A stretch of DNA of 64,000 nt from a virus: UHGV virus genome UHGV-1380027; one strand, given 5' to 3'. The notes beneath the pieces were generated by a model. The model was not told the origin of the DNA, searched no databases, and worked only from the letters and a program-made list of their open reading frames with translations. This document shows, in pieces, positions 41,036 to 50,073 of this stretch (within the stretch, counting starts at the first letter, position 1; every line of letters begins with the position of its first letter). The position numbers were made by a program, and so were the translations under genes.

Positions 41036-41890
41036 TTATGCCAGTGCAGCCTCAAAATCTTTCATCATATTTTGGAAAGTTTTTGCCTTACTTAAGGTAA
41101 CACCGTGCTCTTTAGCGAAGGTTTGGAGTGCATCTTTCGAACCACTCTTGTCATCTTCGTTGTTAAGAGCTGCGGCTTGCTGCAGTATGGCATCAATATC
41201 ATTACCGGAAGATCTTGATTCTTGTGCCTGTTCAGGATCCTGCTCAGTGCCTTCCGTACCATCCGGTGCGGTAGGGCCTGGTGATTCCTCACTGCCACCA
41301 CCAGGTTCAGTAGGGCCTACAGGTGGCTCCGGCTCTGGTTCAGGTTCTGGGGCTACTGTAGAAGTCAGCCCAAGATTTACAACCTGAGAACGTTTCTTAG
41401 GCCACTCAATGGTGAAAGTCTGGGTATCTTCTGCATAAGCAACATCGCATTGCTCATCGTTTATGGTCACTTTTTTGGGCATCCCTTCAGGGTCCCACAG
41501 ATGACCTTCTGCCACTGAAACTTTGAAAGCGGCATCTACCTCTTTAAACACTGACGGGGTGAGTGTGATATTGACATCACCGCTTTGCAGTGTTAAAGTG
41601 CTTTCATCAAGGTTCTCTGTGAAGAACAGAAGAATAACACCCATACGGATAGTTGAGATACCAGTATCAATTGGCAGGCCTGTGTGTTTTGCAATCTTCT
41701 CGAAGAAGTCTACAATCGTTCTGCACGGATAGTGAACACTGCCAATAACGAATTCTGTTGGTGGCAGCAGGGCTGATAAACCAACATTGATTTCTGGATT
41801 GTATTGTGCTAAAAATTGATAAAAACTTAACTGATTGTTGAAAACTCTTAATAGAGGATCATACTCGACTGGATATACGGCTCTCTTCAC
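41036..41890 (-). CDS. capsid-associated protein with Pro/Glu-rich linker
   Basis: 284 aa immediately downstream of the major capsid gene; contains PEPEPEPEPPVGPTEPGG linker. Confidence 0.3.
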   Translation of the reverse strand: MKRAVYPVEYDPLLRVFNNQLSFYQFLAQYNPEINVGLSALLPPTEFVIGSVHYPCRTIVDFFEKIAKHTGLPIDTGISTIRMGVILLFFTENLDESTLTLQSGDVNITLTPSVFKEVDAAFKVSVAEGHLWDPEGMPKKVTINDEQCDVAYAEDTQTFTIEWPKKRSQVVNLGLTSTVAPEPEPEPEPPVGPTEPGGGSEESPGPTAPDGTEGTEQDPEQAQESRSSGNDIDAILQQAAALNNEDDKSGSKDALQTFAKEHGVTLSKAKTFQNMMKDFEAALA

Positions 41891-41910
41891 GGGACACTCC
41901 TGTTAAACCC

Positions 41911-41946
41911 TAATAAATAAAAAGGGGAGGGGAGAACCCCCTCCCC
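41911..41946 (-). terminator. rho-independent terminator after the major capsid gene
   Basis: minus-strand hairpin GGGGAGGGGG-TTCT-CCCCTCCCC followed by TTTTTATTTATT. Confidence 0.7.
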
Positions 41947-41970
41947 ATATGGGATGAATCACCTTAGTGA

Positions 41971-42978
41971 TTAGGCACCTTTCAGAGTTGCTTTAACAAC
42001 CAGCTCTGGGCGGGTGTTAACTGCCAGCATTGAAGTTTCAGATTCAATCTTCTCTTCACGCAGGTATGCAGAGTGTTTATACCACATGTACAGTTCCTGT
42101 GCAGGGGTGTTTGCTTCGTTAACATCATCTGCCGGAGCAAAGTGCAGCTGGAACATCTGATCAATACCCATCGGCAGGATGCGAGCCTCTTTCTTAGGAA
42201 TATTGCCAGAGATATCTTCGATAAAGGTGATACCTTTATGTTCAAACACACGGTATACGCTGTCTTGACCGCCAGCACCCAGACGGCGACGCAGAGGTTC
42301 CTGAGCAGAGCCGTAATAGGTGTATGCCAGTTCTACCAGCGGGTGATGGGTAACAGCACTGAAGAACTCCGGTGAGCACAGAGCTACGATGCGATAGCCA
42401 GCTGCGTTATCACCAGCTTGCAGCGCGATGTGCAGACGAGCCTCTTCCAGAACCTCCATAGGATCCTGATCTGCTTTTGCAGGGTCAATCTCAACAGATT
42501 TCTGTTTAACACCCCACAGAGTGTAGTAGTCATACTGACAGGTGGTGTCACCAGGTGCATAGGATTTACCCAGAATAGCCTGGAACAGCGCTTTCTCACG
42601 CAGTGCTTCATGAGAAACACGGATACGGCGAACAACGCGGGTTACTACGTCCTGAACAGTTTTCGGAGCATCAGGGGTGAAGTAACGACGGAAGTTCTGA
42701 ACATCTGCGGCAGTGATGCCTTTGTCCAGAGGGAAGAACGGGATGTTCAGGTTTTTAACCTGGGCACGTTCACTACCAACGTAGTTACGCTCACCACCAC
42801 GACGGCGTGCCGGAATGTCGGTTACAACTTCATCAACACGCTCGATCTGAGCAATCGTTGAGGTGCCGAGACGGGTTTCGAACAAATCCATACCAGTAAT
42901 CAGTCGGAATTGGCGCGGAACAAGTTCCAGAGTAGCACCTAAATCAACAATGCCAAATTCATCTTTACGAGTAATCAT
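41971..42978 (-). CDS. major capsid protein
   Basis: 335 aa; position after terminase-portal-protease-scaffold-decoration (lambda-like order), strong RBS and a strong terminator immediately downstream. Confidence 0.6.
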   Translation of the reverse strand: MITRKDEFGIVDLGATLELVPRQFRLITGMDLFETRLGTSTIAQIERVDEVVTDIPARRRGGERNYVGSERAQVKNLNIPFFPLDKGITAADVQNFRRYFTPDAPKTVQDVVTRVVRRIRVSHEALREKALFQAILGKSYAPGDTTCQYDYYTLWGVKQKSVEIDPAKADQDPMEVLEEARLHIALQAGDNAAGYRIVALCSPEFFSAVTHHPLVELAYTYYGSAQEPLRRRLGAGGQDSVYRVFEHKGITFIEDISGNIPKKEARILPMGIDQMFQLHFAPADDVNEANTPAQELYMWYKHSAYLREEKIESETSMLAVNTRPELVVKATLKGA

Positions 42979-43025
42979 TTATTTCTCCAAAGTAAAACTT
43001 AAATATTTCCCGAACAATTTAGGGC

Positions 43026-43415
43026 TTACTCATCACCAAGGGTCTGGACTTGAACCTTGTTACCAAGGGCCTCAAGCGTGTCTAACACAGCCTGTGCTGC
43101 TTTAGCGCCACCAGTTGCCAGCAATTTATCCTTGGCAAAAGTAACACCACGTACAGCAACAACCAGTTTATATTTCTTTGTGCCAAGAGGTTCAGCGATA
43201 TGCACTTTACCAGCAGAGTCTGGAATTAAAGCACGATCCACCAGAACGCCGTAAGCGTCTGAACCGTCCTGATTGGCAATGCTACCATCTTTGGTCACAA
43301 CCGTGCCAGCGTGGTGATGCTCTGTCAGTGTAATTTCCATCTCTTTAAAATTGTAGCCAGCATCGCTAGAATCAACTTTGCCGAGCACGATATCAGAATA
43401 TTGAGCGGTAATCAT
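43026..43415 (-). CDS. head decoration protein
   Basis: 129 aa between scaffold and major capsid genes, the position of gpD in lambda-like head modules. Confidence 0.4.
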   Translation of the reverse strand: MITAQYSDIVLGKVDSSDAGYNFKEMEITLTEHHHAGTVVTKDGSIANQDGSDAYGVLVDRALIPDSAGKVHIAEPLGTKKYKLVVAVRGVTFAKDKLLATGGAKAAQAVLDTLEALGNKVQVQTLGDE

Positions 43416-43435
43416 TTATTTCCCCCGTTAATGTC

Positions 43436-44413
43436 TTATTTGGTAGATTCTGCACGTGCACGAGCAAGTGCTTTTGCAACGTTTTCAGCAAGAATTTCTT
43501 CTGCGGATTTTGCAATATCATCCACAACAGGTTCGCCATCATTACCATGTTCAGTGGTGGCAAACTCTTCTTTGGTTTTATGCACCTCTGCTTCCAGCTC
43601 TTTAATTTTGGCTTGAGCTTTCTCCAGCATAGCTACGATAGGTTCGTTAGCTTTTTCCAGCATGAAGTCAACCAGGGTTGCATGATCTTCTTCACCAACA
43701 AAGCTTAAAGCTTGAGCTTTAGCCAGCATTTTAGCTTTTTCAACTTCAACCTGGGCCTTGATGATTTCTTCAGCTTTACTCTGGGTTGCTTTCAGCTCTT
43801 CTACTTGCTTCAGCAGATCCAGATACTCTTTAGTTTTGGTTACGTCCACCGGATTCTCCTCGGTATTTGCGGATTTTGCAACATCATCCACCTCGGTAGT
43901 TTTATCCACCTCAGCAGGTTCCTGTACCGCCTTGATCAGGTTCCCTTCTTTATCGAAGAGATCAGCGGTTACTTGTTCAAAAATCTGTTGTGTTTTTAAC
44001 AGACTGTACTGATCTACCACGCTAAGCTGCTTGCCTTCTTTTGCAGCTTTATGAATGGTCACGTTATCACAACGCTCTTCCAGCCATGCAATGCAAGACT
44101 CTGCGTCAGCTTGCGCCCATTCCCAATCAGGATGCTCTTTAGCCCAAGCTTCCTCTTCAATCTCAAAACCAAGCATGTGTGCGAGTGCTTTGGCATCGTC
44201 ATACCACATATCGAAGAAACGACGCAGGTATTCTTCAAAACTCAGCTCCACAGTAACTTGGCGAAGTGCCTTAACAATATCGTCTGTTAACTGCTCAGGC
44301 TGAAGATCACTCTTCATCAAAAGAGATACAGGTCTGTTGTTAGCGCTATAGCCTTGCGCCTTATGGCACAGGGCAATCCCCTTCTCTTTAATAGTGATTG
44401 TTTTTTCAGACAT
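43436..44413 (-). CDS. scaffolding protein
   Basis: 325 aa, strongly helical and rich in E/K/A, located between protease and capsid genes. Confidence 0.5.
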   Translation of the reverse strand: MSEKTITIKEKGIALCHKAQGYSANNRPVSLLMKSDLQPEQLTDDIVKALRQVTVELSFEEYLRRFFDMWYDDAKALAHMLGFEIEEEAWAKEHPDWEWAQADAESCIAWLEERCDNVTIHKAAKEGKQLSVVDQYSLLKTQQIFEQVTADLFDKEGNLIKAVQEPAEVDKTTEVDDVAKSANTEENPVDVTKTKEYLDLLKQVEELKATQSKAEEIIKAQVEVEKAKMLAKAQALSFVGEEDHATLVDFMLEKANEPIVAMLEKAQAKIKELEAEVHKTKEEFATTEHGNDGEPVVDDIAKSAEEILAENVAKALARARAESTK

Positions 44414-44844
44414 TATTCATTGCCCTCTTCTACAACACTGATCCCGAAATTTACGTTGGTAATTTCGCCCGTCTCTTCATCAACATTGCCTGTTGCCTGA
44501 ATGCTTAGGCCACCAACAATGCCAGCCTTCTTAGCTTCCCATAATTCAGGATTATTGTATTTAACTTTAGCAACCCAAGAGCCAGCCTTGATGACCTGCT
44601 CAGTACCAATTACTACAACATCAAACTCTTCTTGAATCCACGTCTTTTCAATAGTGAAAGCATCTGTAGAGGTCAAGTGGAAAAGGTTTTCAGAAACTAG
44701 GCCTGCGGCGTATGCTGCGTCCCAATTATCTTTAGCCTTTTTGATGGTGTCTTTACTCATCCACTCACCGTGAGCGTCTTTAGTGTCCGGTTCGTAGATG
44801 ATTTCGTAGGAAATCATTTCTTCCTGTGGCATCTTATTCCCCAT
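44413..44844 (-). CDS. prohead protease-like protein
   Basis: Position between portal and scaffold; listed ORF extends to 44985 over the portal 3' end, so start trimmed to an internal ATG at 44844 or 44832; protease call is positional. Confidence 0.3.
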   Translation of the reverse strand: MGNKMPQEEMISYEIIYEPDTKDAHGEWMSKDTIKKAKDNWDAAYAAGLVSENLFHLTSTDAFTIEKTWIQEEFDVVVIGTEQVIKAGSWVAKVKYNNPELWEAKKAGIVGGLSIQATGNVDEETGEITNVNFGISVVEEGNE

Positions 44845-44899
44845 GTGGATTATTTTATCACGCCAAAGGAGGTTTTGCAACCCCCTGTGTTGATAATTT

Positions 44900-46456
44900 T
44901 TAATTTTCCATGTTGGATATGGAATTATCTCTGGTTGATGACATCTTAGAAGTGCCGTTGCCAGTGGATCCTGCAGCCATTCCATCGCCAGCCCTACTGA
45001 TGTCCTGGCCCAAGAGCTTCATTAGCTCTTCCTGATCCATGTCCTCGTCAAATCTTTCATCAAACCCACCTACTTCAAGAATCTTATTAATTACTGCAGG
45101 AGTTTTTGGCAAGTAACCTACAGCACCGATCCTCTGGACAAACTTGGAGAAGCTCTCCATGTCCACCTCTTCAATCAGGCCAGGTTTCAGTTTAGGCATA
45201 TCATCATCTTCAAGGATGATACCATTCAATGCCAGAAGCTGTGGAATAAGATCTTTATTGAAGGCCTCAGTGATAATATCTATATCACGCTGAACAAAAT
45301 GACCATGGATAGACTGTTTTGACTCAGACAGAGAGAAGGATCCAACGTTATCGTTACCGAGGTTAATAAAGCCAGCACCGAAACGGTCAAGAATCGCCTT
45401 CTTACGGGCATCAATCAAATCTTTAGTGGAATACTGCTTACCCATACCGTCAACCCCCTTCAGGGTCATGGAGTAAAGCTCTTTACCAGACTTATCTCTA
45501 TCAGACGGAAGTATAAAGAAACTTTGCTCCCCACTATGGGCGTTTGCTGCGTCCAACATAAGATCTGCAACCATTCTCCCTTCCATCGAATTCGGGTCAA
45601 TGCTGGCCTTGTTCAAAATATTGGAAGGAATTTTCAGCTCAAGCACACCACCAAGGTCTTTGGAGCAGCCAACAACCTCAAGGTTTTCAATCAAAACTTT
45701 CTCACGGAAAGATCTGTAGCAACCTATCATCGGTGACACACCTGCAGGATTAGATTCTGTTCCTGACAGAGTCATGAGCATAAGCTTTTTAGCAGGGATG
45801 AAAATTTCAGGCTCATTAAAGCCTTTTGAAGGCATTGCAGCGAGAGGTCCAGCCCAGCGTGCATTCTGAGTGTTTAGAAATGCATTAGGTGACTGATAAA
45901 TACCTGTCAGTGTTCTGCTATTCTTGTCAAAGACAAACGGCTCTGATCTGGACAAACTGGCCTGTGGTCGGAATGCAATTTTATCAATAAGAAGCATCCC
46001 GGCATATTTACCTTCTTTCTCTCTGCGGTATACTTTCTCAAACAGTGAAAAACCATACTCGTTAAAGGTAGCTGCGCTTCTTGCAATATCTCGAAGAGTT
46101 TGTTGGTTTGCCAAATTACGCAAAGAATACTCTATAAGCTCGGCGGCTTTCTTAGAGTCTTCACTTTTAACATTATAAAGGATCTTAAAATCATTGAATG
46201 CTTTCGTGATGAAAACATATTTTGTATCTAAGGCAGTAGCAACTGTGGAATCACATTTCATAGTCTCCACTGTGGCAATCAGCTGAGGCCAACGCAATTC
46301 CTCAACCATCATAGATTGTGATTCTGCCATAATTTGGGAAAGTGCGCCAGAACCGATCTCACTCATACGAACATTATGAGTTGGTGCGCCTGCGTTCCCA
46401 GATTTATTCACAGTTTTGGCTGTGGCGTTGTGTTTCCTGCGGTTCTTTTTGGACAC
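44900..46456 (-). CDS. portal protein
   Basis: 518 aa immediately downstream of the large terminase gene; size and position typical. Confidence 0.65.
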   Translation of the reverse strand: MSKKNRRKHNATAKTVNKSGNAGAPTHNVRMSEIGSGALSQIMAESQSMMVEELRWPQLIATVETMKCDSTVATALDTKYVFITKAFNDFKILYNVKSEDSKKAAELIEYSLRNLANQQTLRDIARSAATFNEYGFSLFEKVYRREKEGKYAGMLLIDKIAFRPQASLSRSEPFVFDKNSRTLTGIYQSPNAFLNTQNARWAGPLAAMPSKGFNEPEIFIPAKKLMLMTLSGTESNPAGVSPMIGCYRSFREKVLIENLEVVGCSKDLGGVLELKIPSNILNKASIDPNSMEGRMVADLMLDAANAHSGEQSFFILPSDRDKSGKELYSMTLKGVDGMGKQYSTKDLIDARKKAILDRFGAGFINLGNDNVGSFSLSESKQSIHGHFVQRDIDIITEAFNKDLIPQLLALNGIILEDDDMPKLKPGLIEEVDMESFSKFVQRIGAVGYLPKTPAVINKILEVGGFDERFDEDMDQEELMKLLGQDISRAGDGMAAGSTGNGTSKMSSTRDNSISNMEN

Positions 46457-46470
46457 AAGCTTTACCCCTC

Positions 46471-46507
46471 AAAACAGTATAACAAAATAGCCCTCGTGTT
46501 AGAGGGC
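46471..46507 (-). terminator. hairpin/attenuator between terminase and portal
   Basis: minus-strand hairpin GCCCTC-TAACAC-GAGGGC followed by a T-rich stretch (TATTTTGTTATACTGTTTT). Confidence 0.4.
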
Positions 46508-46558
46508 CAGTATCTCCGATTACTCTATTCTACCACATCTAATTAAGATTGGCAACAC

Positions 46559-48106
46559 TTAGATAAAACGCTTGAACATAGAAGGTGATGAGATTGATGG
46601 AATCACACAAGGCAGCGCTACCTCCTCTTTCTCCAGGAAATTAATCGCAGAAGCTACACAGTCGGCCCAGTCGTCTTTTCTGTTAAATGTTGATCTTTCC
46701 CCGTTGAACTTTTCAAGTTCAGTTAGAAATGCTTCCAGAGTGTCAGGATGGAAACTGGATTTTACAATCCTCACCATTCCTTGTTGGGCAAGATTGGCAA
46801 AGGGTGAGAACCTTGTCAGTTTAGATTTGTTGGAAGGCATTGGATCTTCTTCAACCCTGAACCCTTCGGCGAGCAAGGATCTGGACGAGGTTAAGAACTC
46901 ACTCTTACCTGCCTGACCGGGGTCCACAGAAAATACGATTATGCAATCATCTCCATCAAACTGCGCCTGTTTCCTGATGATCACATCTCGTTCCCCAGCC
47001 TTTTTACAGAACTTTCCTTCCAGACCTGTGGAATACCTACCGTCATCCACGTTCTCAGGACAATAATCCCCGGACAGGTAATAAAAGCCGTCGCTATCTT
47101 TACTTACCTTAACACTGGCGGTAAAGTCAGGAAATTTATTACCGGAAGTTCTCTCGGTTCCTGCTTTATCCCATGCCCTGCAAGATACTGATCCAAGAGG
47201 TACTCTATCGGCATCACGAAGGAAAGATCTTTGGAAATAGTTTGCACCCTCAGGTTTGGCAAACCAGTTGCCATGAAGAAGCTGGGCTTTTTCAAGCTCG
47301 GGTAGACCTTCAAGGAAAGCAAGGTATTCCGGGTTGTCTCTCAAACAGACAGGATTATCGAAAATTGTTGCGCCTATAAACGAGAATGACAACGGTCTTG
47401 GCTTGATCTCCACACCCAGTCCGTTAACCGTGGTGTATTTCTCTATTAACTCTTCTTTAGAGTCTCCCCAAATAAATTCACCGTCGCGTCGGATAAAATA
47501 TCTTTTCTTACCACATTTCTCCGGATCTGGATACCCTTCATCGTCCAACCACCACCTAACCAGTTTGGCAAGCATGTGTTCTGAGTCGGGGTTACAGCTG
47601 ATAACCATTCTTGATGGATACTTTGACTGAGATCGCAGACGAGACATCAAATAGTCTATCTGCTCCCATTCGAATTGCGTGCCTTCATCGAAGCAAACCA
47701 TGGTGTACTCAAGGCCTTGATGGTTAAGCTTATCTTGGACATACTCCATGTGGCAGTATTTTACAACGGCCCCCTTTTTGCTCCTGTCCCACTTGCCAGT
47801 GCTCGGATCAAACCGTGGAAAAATAAACTTATGATCCTTCTCTCTGAACTTTGGTTTAATGTTTTCAGGCAGATCACTGTAGATAGCTACTGCTTTAGGC
47901 CATAGCCCACCCTCACCTTCCAACTGGGGAGTTGTTCTTCGGAACATAACCACAGAGCTGTGCGGGTCATCAATAATTTTAAGCGGCATTAGCTGCAAGA
48001 GGAACGACTTGCCAGACCCAGCTGCACCTCCGATCACCAAAATATCTGCATCGTTCTCTAGGATCATCTTCTGCTTTTCAGAACACGGTCCGTAAATCTT
48101 AGACAT
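46559..48106 (-). CDS. terminase large subunit
   Basis: 515 aa; Walker A motif GGAAGSGKS near the N-terminus; position ahead of portal. Confidence 0.85.
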   Translation of the reverse strand: MSKIYGPCSEKQKMILENDADILVIGGAAGSGKSFLLQLMPLKIIDDPHSSVVMFRRTTPQLEGEGGLWPKAVAIYSDLPENIKPKFREKDHKFIFPRFDPSTGKWDRSKKGAVVKYCHMEYVQDKLNHQGLEYTMVCFDEGTQFEWEQIDYLMSRLRSQSKYPSRMVISCNPDSEHMLAKLVRWWLDDEGYPDPEKCGKKRYFIRRDGEFIWGDSKEELIEKYTTVNGLGVEIKPRPLSFSFIGATIFDNPVCLRDNPEYLAFLEGLPELEKAQLLHGNWFAKPEGANYFQRSFLRDADRVPLGSVSCRAWDKAGTERTSGNKFPDFTASVKVSKDSDGFYYLSGDYCPENVDDGRYSTGLEGKFCKKAGERDVIIRKQAQFDGDDCIIVFSVDPGQAGKSEFLTSSRSLLAEGFRVEEDPMPSNKSKLTRFSPFANLAQQGMVRIVKSSFHPDTLEAFLTELEKFNGERSTFNRKDDWADCVASAINFLEKEEVALPCVIPSISSPSMFKRFI

Positions 48107-48393
48107 TAACCTCTCTCCTTTGGAAACAGTGTTCTTATATAGTCTTGCAAAATGATCAATTTAGCTCTATCATTACTACAAGACAGGTTATTATCCCTCA
48201 TAATGCCAGAATTCACCGCATCTGGCGCACCTTTCTTCAAAGGGATAGCCTTAGCAGGAGGCTTCATAGCACCCTCGGGAGGTTTAACAATCAACCTTCC
48301 TACATCCGGAGGGTCAATCCTGTATTCTCTCTCAACGCTGGTTGCACACCCACACAATAACAAGCACAAAACAACCAGTGCAGTAACTCTCAT
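48106..48393 (-). CDS. outer-membrane spanin-like lipoprotein (Rz1-like)
   Basis: 95 aa; signal peptide with lipobox-like LLLCGC; Pro-rich mature region (DPPD, KPP, KPPAKAIP); start overlaps the stop of the upstream membrane coiled-coil gene. Confidence 0.55.
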   Translation of the reverse strand: MRVTALVVLCLLLCGCATSVEREYRIDPPDVGRLIVKPPEGAMKPPAKAIPLKKGAPDAVNSGIMRDNNLSCSNDRAKLIILQDYIRTLFPKERG

Positions 48394-48788
48394 TGAACCT
48401 CCTGATTGATACTCTCATTATAAATATCTATTAGCTGATCAGGAAGTGTTGACTTCTTACCTTCAGGTGATTGGAGGTAGATAATCTGCTTTTCTTTACC
48501 TGCCTTCTCAGCCATATTTAATTTATCCTGTAGATCAGAAAGAGATTTTTCAAGGTTTTTAACCTCCTCTGCGTGGCCCATTTTAATTTTGTCGGCCTGC
48601 TTTTGTTGTTGGTCAAGGATCCGTTCCCACTTTAACTCTGTTGCTGACACACCTTCCTGATAAGCATCATTGAGCTTAGAGTTAAACCAATACACGGCAC
48701 CAAGATAAGCCATACCTATAGCCGCTGCAAAAACTAAACCTTTTATGATCCCTCTGTATTTACTCATCAATGTTAAAACTGAAATCAT
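48390..48788 (-). CDS. inner-membrane spanin-like protein (Rz-like)
   Basis: 132 aa; N-terminal transmembrane helix (GLVFAAAIGMAYLGAVYWF) then charged coiled-coil region; overlaps the downstream lipoprotein gene. Confidence 0.55.
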   Translation of the reverse strand: MISVLTLMSKYRGIIKGLVFAAAIGMAYLGAVYWFNSKLNDAYQEGVSATELKWERILDQQQKQADKIKMGHAEEVKNLEKSLSDLQDKLNMAEKAGKEKQIIYLQSPEGKKSTLPDQLIDIYNESINQEVQ

Positions 48789-48802
48789 TTTAAGGCTCCA
48801 GA

Positions 48803-48840
48803 AACGAAAAAACCCCGCAGCTATACAGCTAACGGGGCGG
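48803..48840 (-). terminator. hairpin with T-run (terminator/attenuator)
   Basis: minus-strand CCCCG...CGGGG hairpin with internal AGCT palindrome followed by TTTTTTCGTTTC. Confidence 0.4.
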
Positions 48841-48893
48841 GTTAAAATTGAGTAACCTAAATAGATCGAAACTAACTAAAAGGAGACTAATAC

Positions 48894-49163
48894 TTATCGA
48901 GGCACTCGGTGGATGATTCTGACAGTAACCGCATTCTCATTCATCAAGTAAGCATCCACATCTCTGTAAATATAAAACTTCTGCTCGCTATCAACAACAC
49001 AAGCTACTGCCCCTTCAGAGTTGTCTTCAAAGAAGACCACAACTGCATCGCAGCTTAGTTCATGATACGACTCTCGAAGATTTACAGCAAGAGGGTTGAA
49101 ATCTTCACGAAGATCTAAAGTATGGGTTGGATTTACACGTTCTACAATTTTAAGTGTATACAT
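48894..49163 (-). CDS. hypothetical protein (possible small terminase by synteny only)
   Basis: 89 aa, first protein gene downstream of the tRNA cluster; RBS AAGGAA; no motif recognised. Confidence 0.3.
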   Translation of the reverse strand: MYTLKIVERVNPTHTLDLREDFNPLAVNLRESYHELSCDAVVVFFEDNSEGAVACVVDSEQKFYIYRDVDAYLMNENAVTVRIIHRVPR

Positions 49164-49209
49164 TTTAAAGGTTCCTTTTGTGTGTATATATTTAAAGTAT
49201 AACTAAAGG

Positions 49210-49286
49210 TGGTCTCCACGGAGTGATTCGAACACTCGACCTCCTGATCCCAAATCAGGCGCTCTACCAAGCTGAGCTACGCGGAG
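49210..49286 (-). tRNA. tRNA-Pro (anticodon TGG)
   Basis: Hand-folded cloverleaf: acceptor CTCCGCG/CGTGGAG (one G-U), T arm GAGTG-TTCGAAT-CACTC, anticodon loop TTTGGGA, encoded CCA. Confidence 0.7.
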
Positions 49287-49297
49287 TATTTATTATT

Positions 49298-49372
49298 TGG
49301 TGGCCCTGGGTGGAATTGAACCACCGTCTGGCGATTATGAGTCGCTTGCTTGAACCTTCCAGCTACAGGGCC
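49298..49372 (-). tRNA. tRNA-Met or Ile2 (anticodon CAT)
   Basis: Acceptor GGCCCTG/CAGGGCC, T arm GGTGG-TTCAATT-CCACC, anticodon loop CTCATAA, encoded CCA; CAT cannot distinguish Met from lysidine-modified Ile. Confidence 0.65.
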
Positions 49373-49373
49373 A

Positions 49374-49449
49374 TGGTGCTGATGGCAGGACTTGAACCTG
49401 CAACCTATTGATTACAAATCAATTGCACTGCCAATTGTGCTACATCAGC
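49374..49449 (-). tRNA. tRNA-Thr (anticodon TGT)
   Basis: Acceptor GCTGATG/CATCAGC, D stem GCAC/GTGC, anticodon stem ATTGA/TCAAT with loop TTTGTAA, T arm GCAGG-TTCAAGT-CCTGC, encoded CCA; 1-nt spacer from the previous tRNA. Confidence 0.75.
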
Positions 49450-49453
49450 AAAA

Positions 49454-49552
49454 GGTGCTAGGTGATGGAATCGAACCATCTATGTATTCAACGACTACCT
49501 CGTCTATTTTCAGGATTAAAAATCCTCGCCCTTGCCAAAGGGCTTACCTAGC
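49454..49552 (-). tRNA. atypical tRNA-like gene (about 99 nt; anticodon loop TTTTTAA, possibly TTT)
   Basis: Perfect 7-bp acceptor GCTAGGT/ACCTAGC, D arm GCCC-TTTGGCAA-GGGC, T arm GATGG-TTCGATT-CCATC, but about 31 nt between anticodon stem and T arm; no encoded CCA. Confidence 0.35.
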
Positions 49553-49650
49553 TCAGTATGTTGACCATGTTGCTAGTCGGCGATGACGACTGTAACATTT
49601 GATAATCCGGTTCTGCTTCCGGCTTTCGCTTAATTACAAGGTCAACAATA

Positions 49651-49741
49651 TGGCAGAGGATAATGGAATCGAACCATCATCGAGTCATCCTCAACGGGAC
49701 GGTTTTCAAGACCGCTTGAGCACCATTGCTCCCTACCCTCT
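49651..49741 (-). tRNA. tRNA-Ser (anticodon TGA)
   Basis: Acceptor AGAGGGT/ATCCTCT (one G-U), anticodon arm GCGGT-CTTGAAA-ACCGT as in bacterial tRNA-Ser, long variable arm, T loop TTCGATT, discriminator G, encoded CCA. Confidence 0.6.
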
Positions 49742-49855
49742 TTTATAAACAATACTGATAATGACACTGATTTTCGAGCAGTTAGTGACTAGTATAAACG
49801 ACGATAAATATCAATGCCATTATCTGTATGATTTATGCATTTAAAAATATAAATT

Positions 49856-49943
49856 TGGTGGTGAGTGATGGAGTCGAACCACCCGAATCGCAATGATAAC
49901 AGATTTACAGTCTGCCCCGCTACCCCTACGGAATTAACTCACC
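49856..49943 (-). tRNA. tRNA-Tyr (anticodon GTA)
   Basis: Acceptor GGTGAGT/ACTCACC, anticodon arm GCAGA-CTGTAAA-TCTGT, long variable arm, T arm GGTGG-TTCGACT-CCATC, encoded CCA. Confidence 0.7.
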
Positions 49944-50073
49944 TAAATACTAATATTTAAATTCTTTTTAAAATAGCTAGTGTTCTAACCACTAACTATG
50001 AGGTATCGGTAAAGTGGTTACCGCCACTTGCCGAAGATTTACTCTGCTAAAGTAAGCTACATTAAAAAGAACT

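Noticed and set aside
44844-44985. Taking the full-length 44413-44985 ORF as the protease gene, overlapping the portal gene by 86 bp
   Set aside because: An in-frame ATG at 44844 (or 44832) removes the overlap; the long form is probably an artefact of taking the most upstream start
2202-48409. Numerous plus-strand ORFs of 60-200 aa listed inside the minus-strand structural genes (for example 2202-2606, 5099-5641, 5717-6310, 9896-10270, 27789-28229, 37942-38385)
   Set aside because: They are antisense to long, co-oriented, tightly packed genes with recognisable structural homologs, lack convincing RBS context and have low-complexity translations; treated as spurious frames
49454-49552. Reading the 99-nt tRNA-like element as tRNA-Sec or as an intron-containing tRNA
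   Set aside because: The acceptor stem is 7 bp (not 8), the extra 31 nt lies outside the anticodon loop and is far shorter than group I introns, and no SECIS-using genes are evident; kept only as an atypical tRNA-like gene
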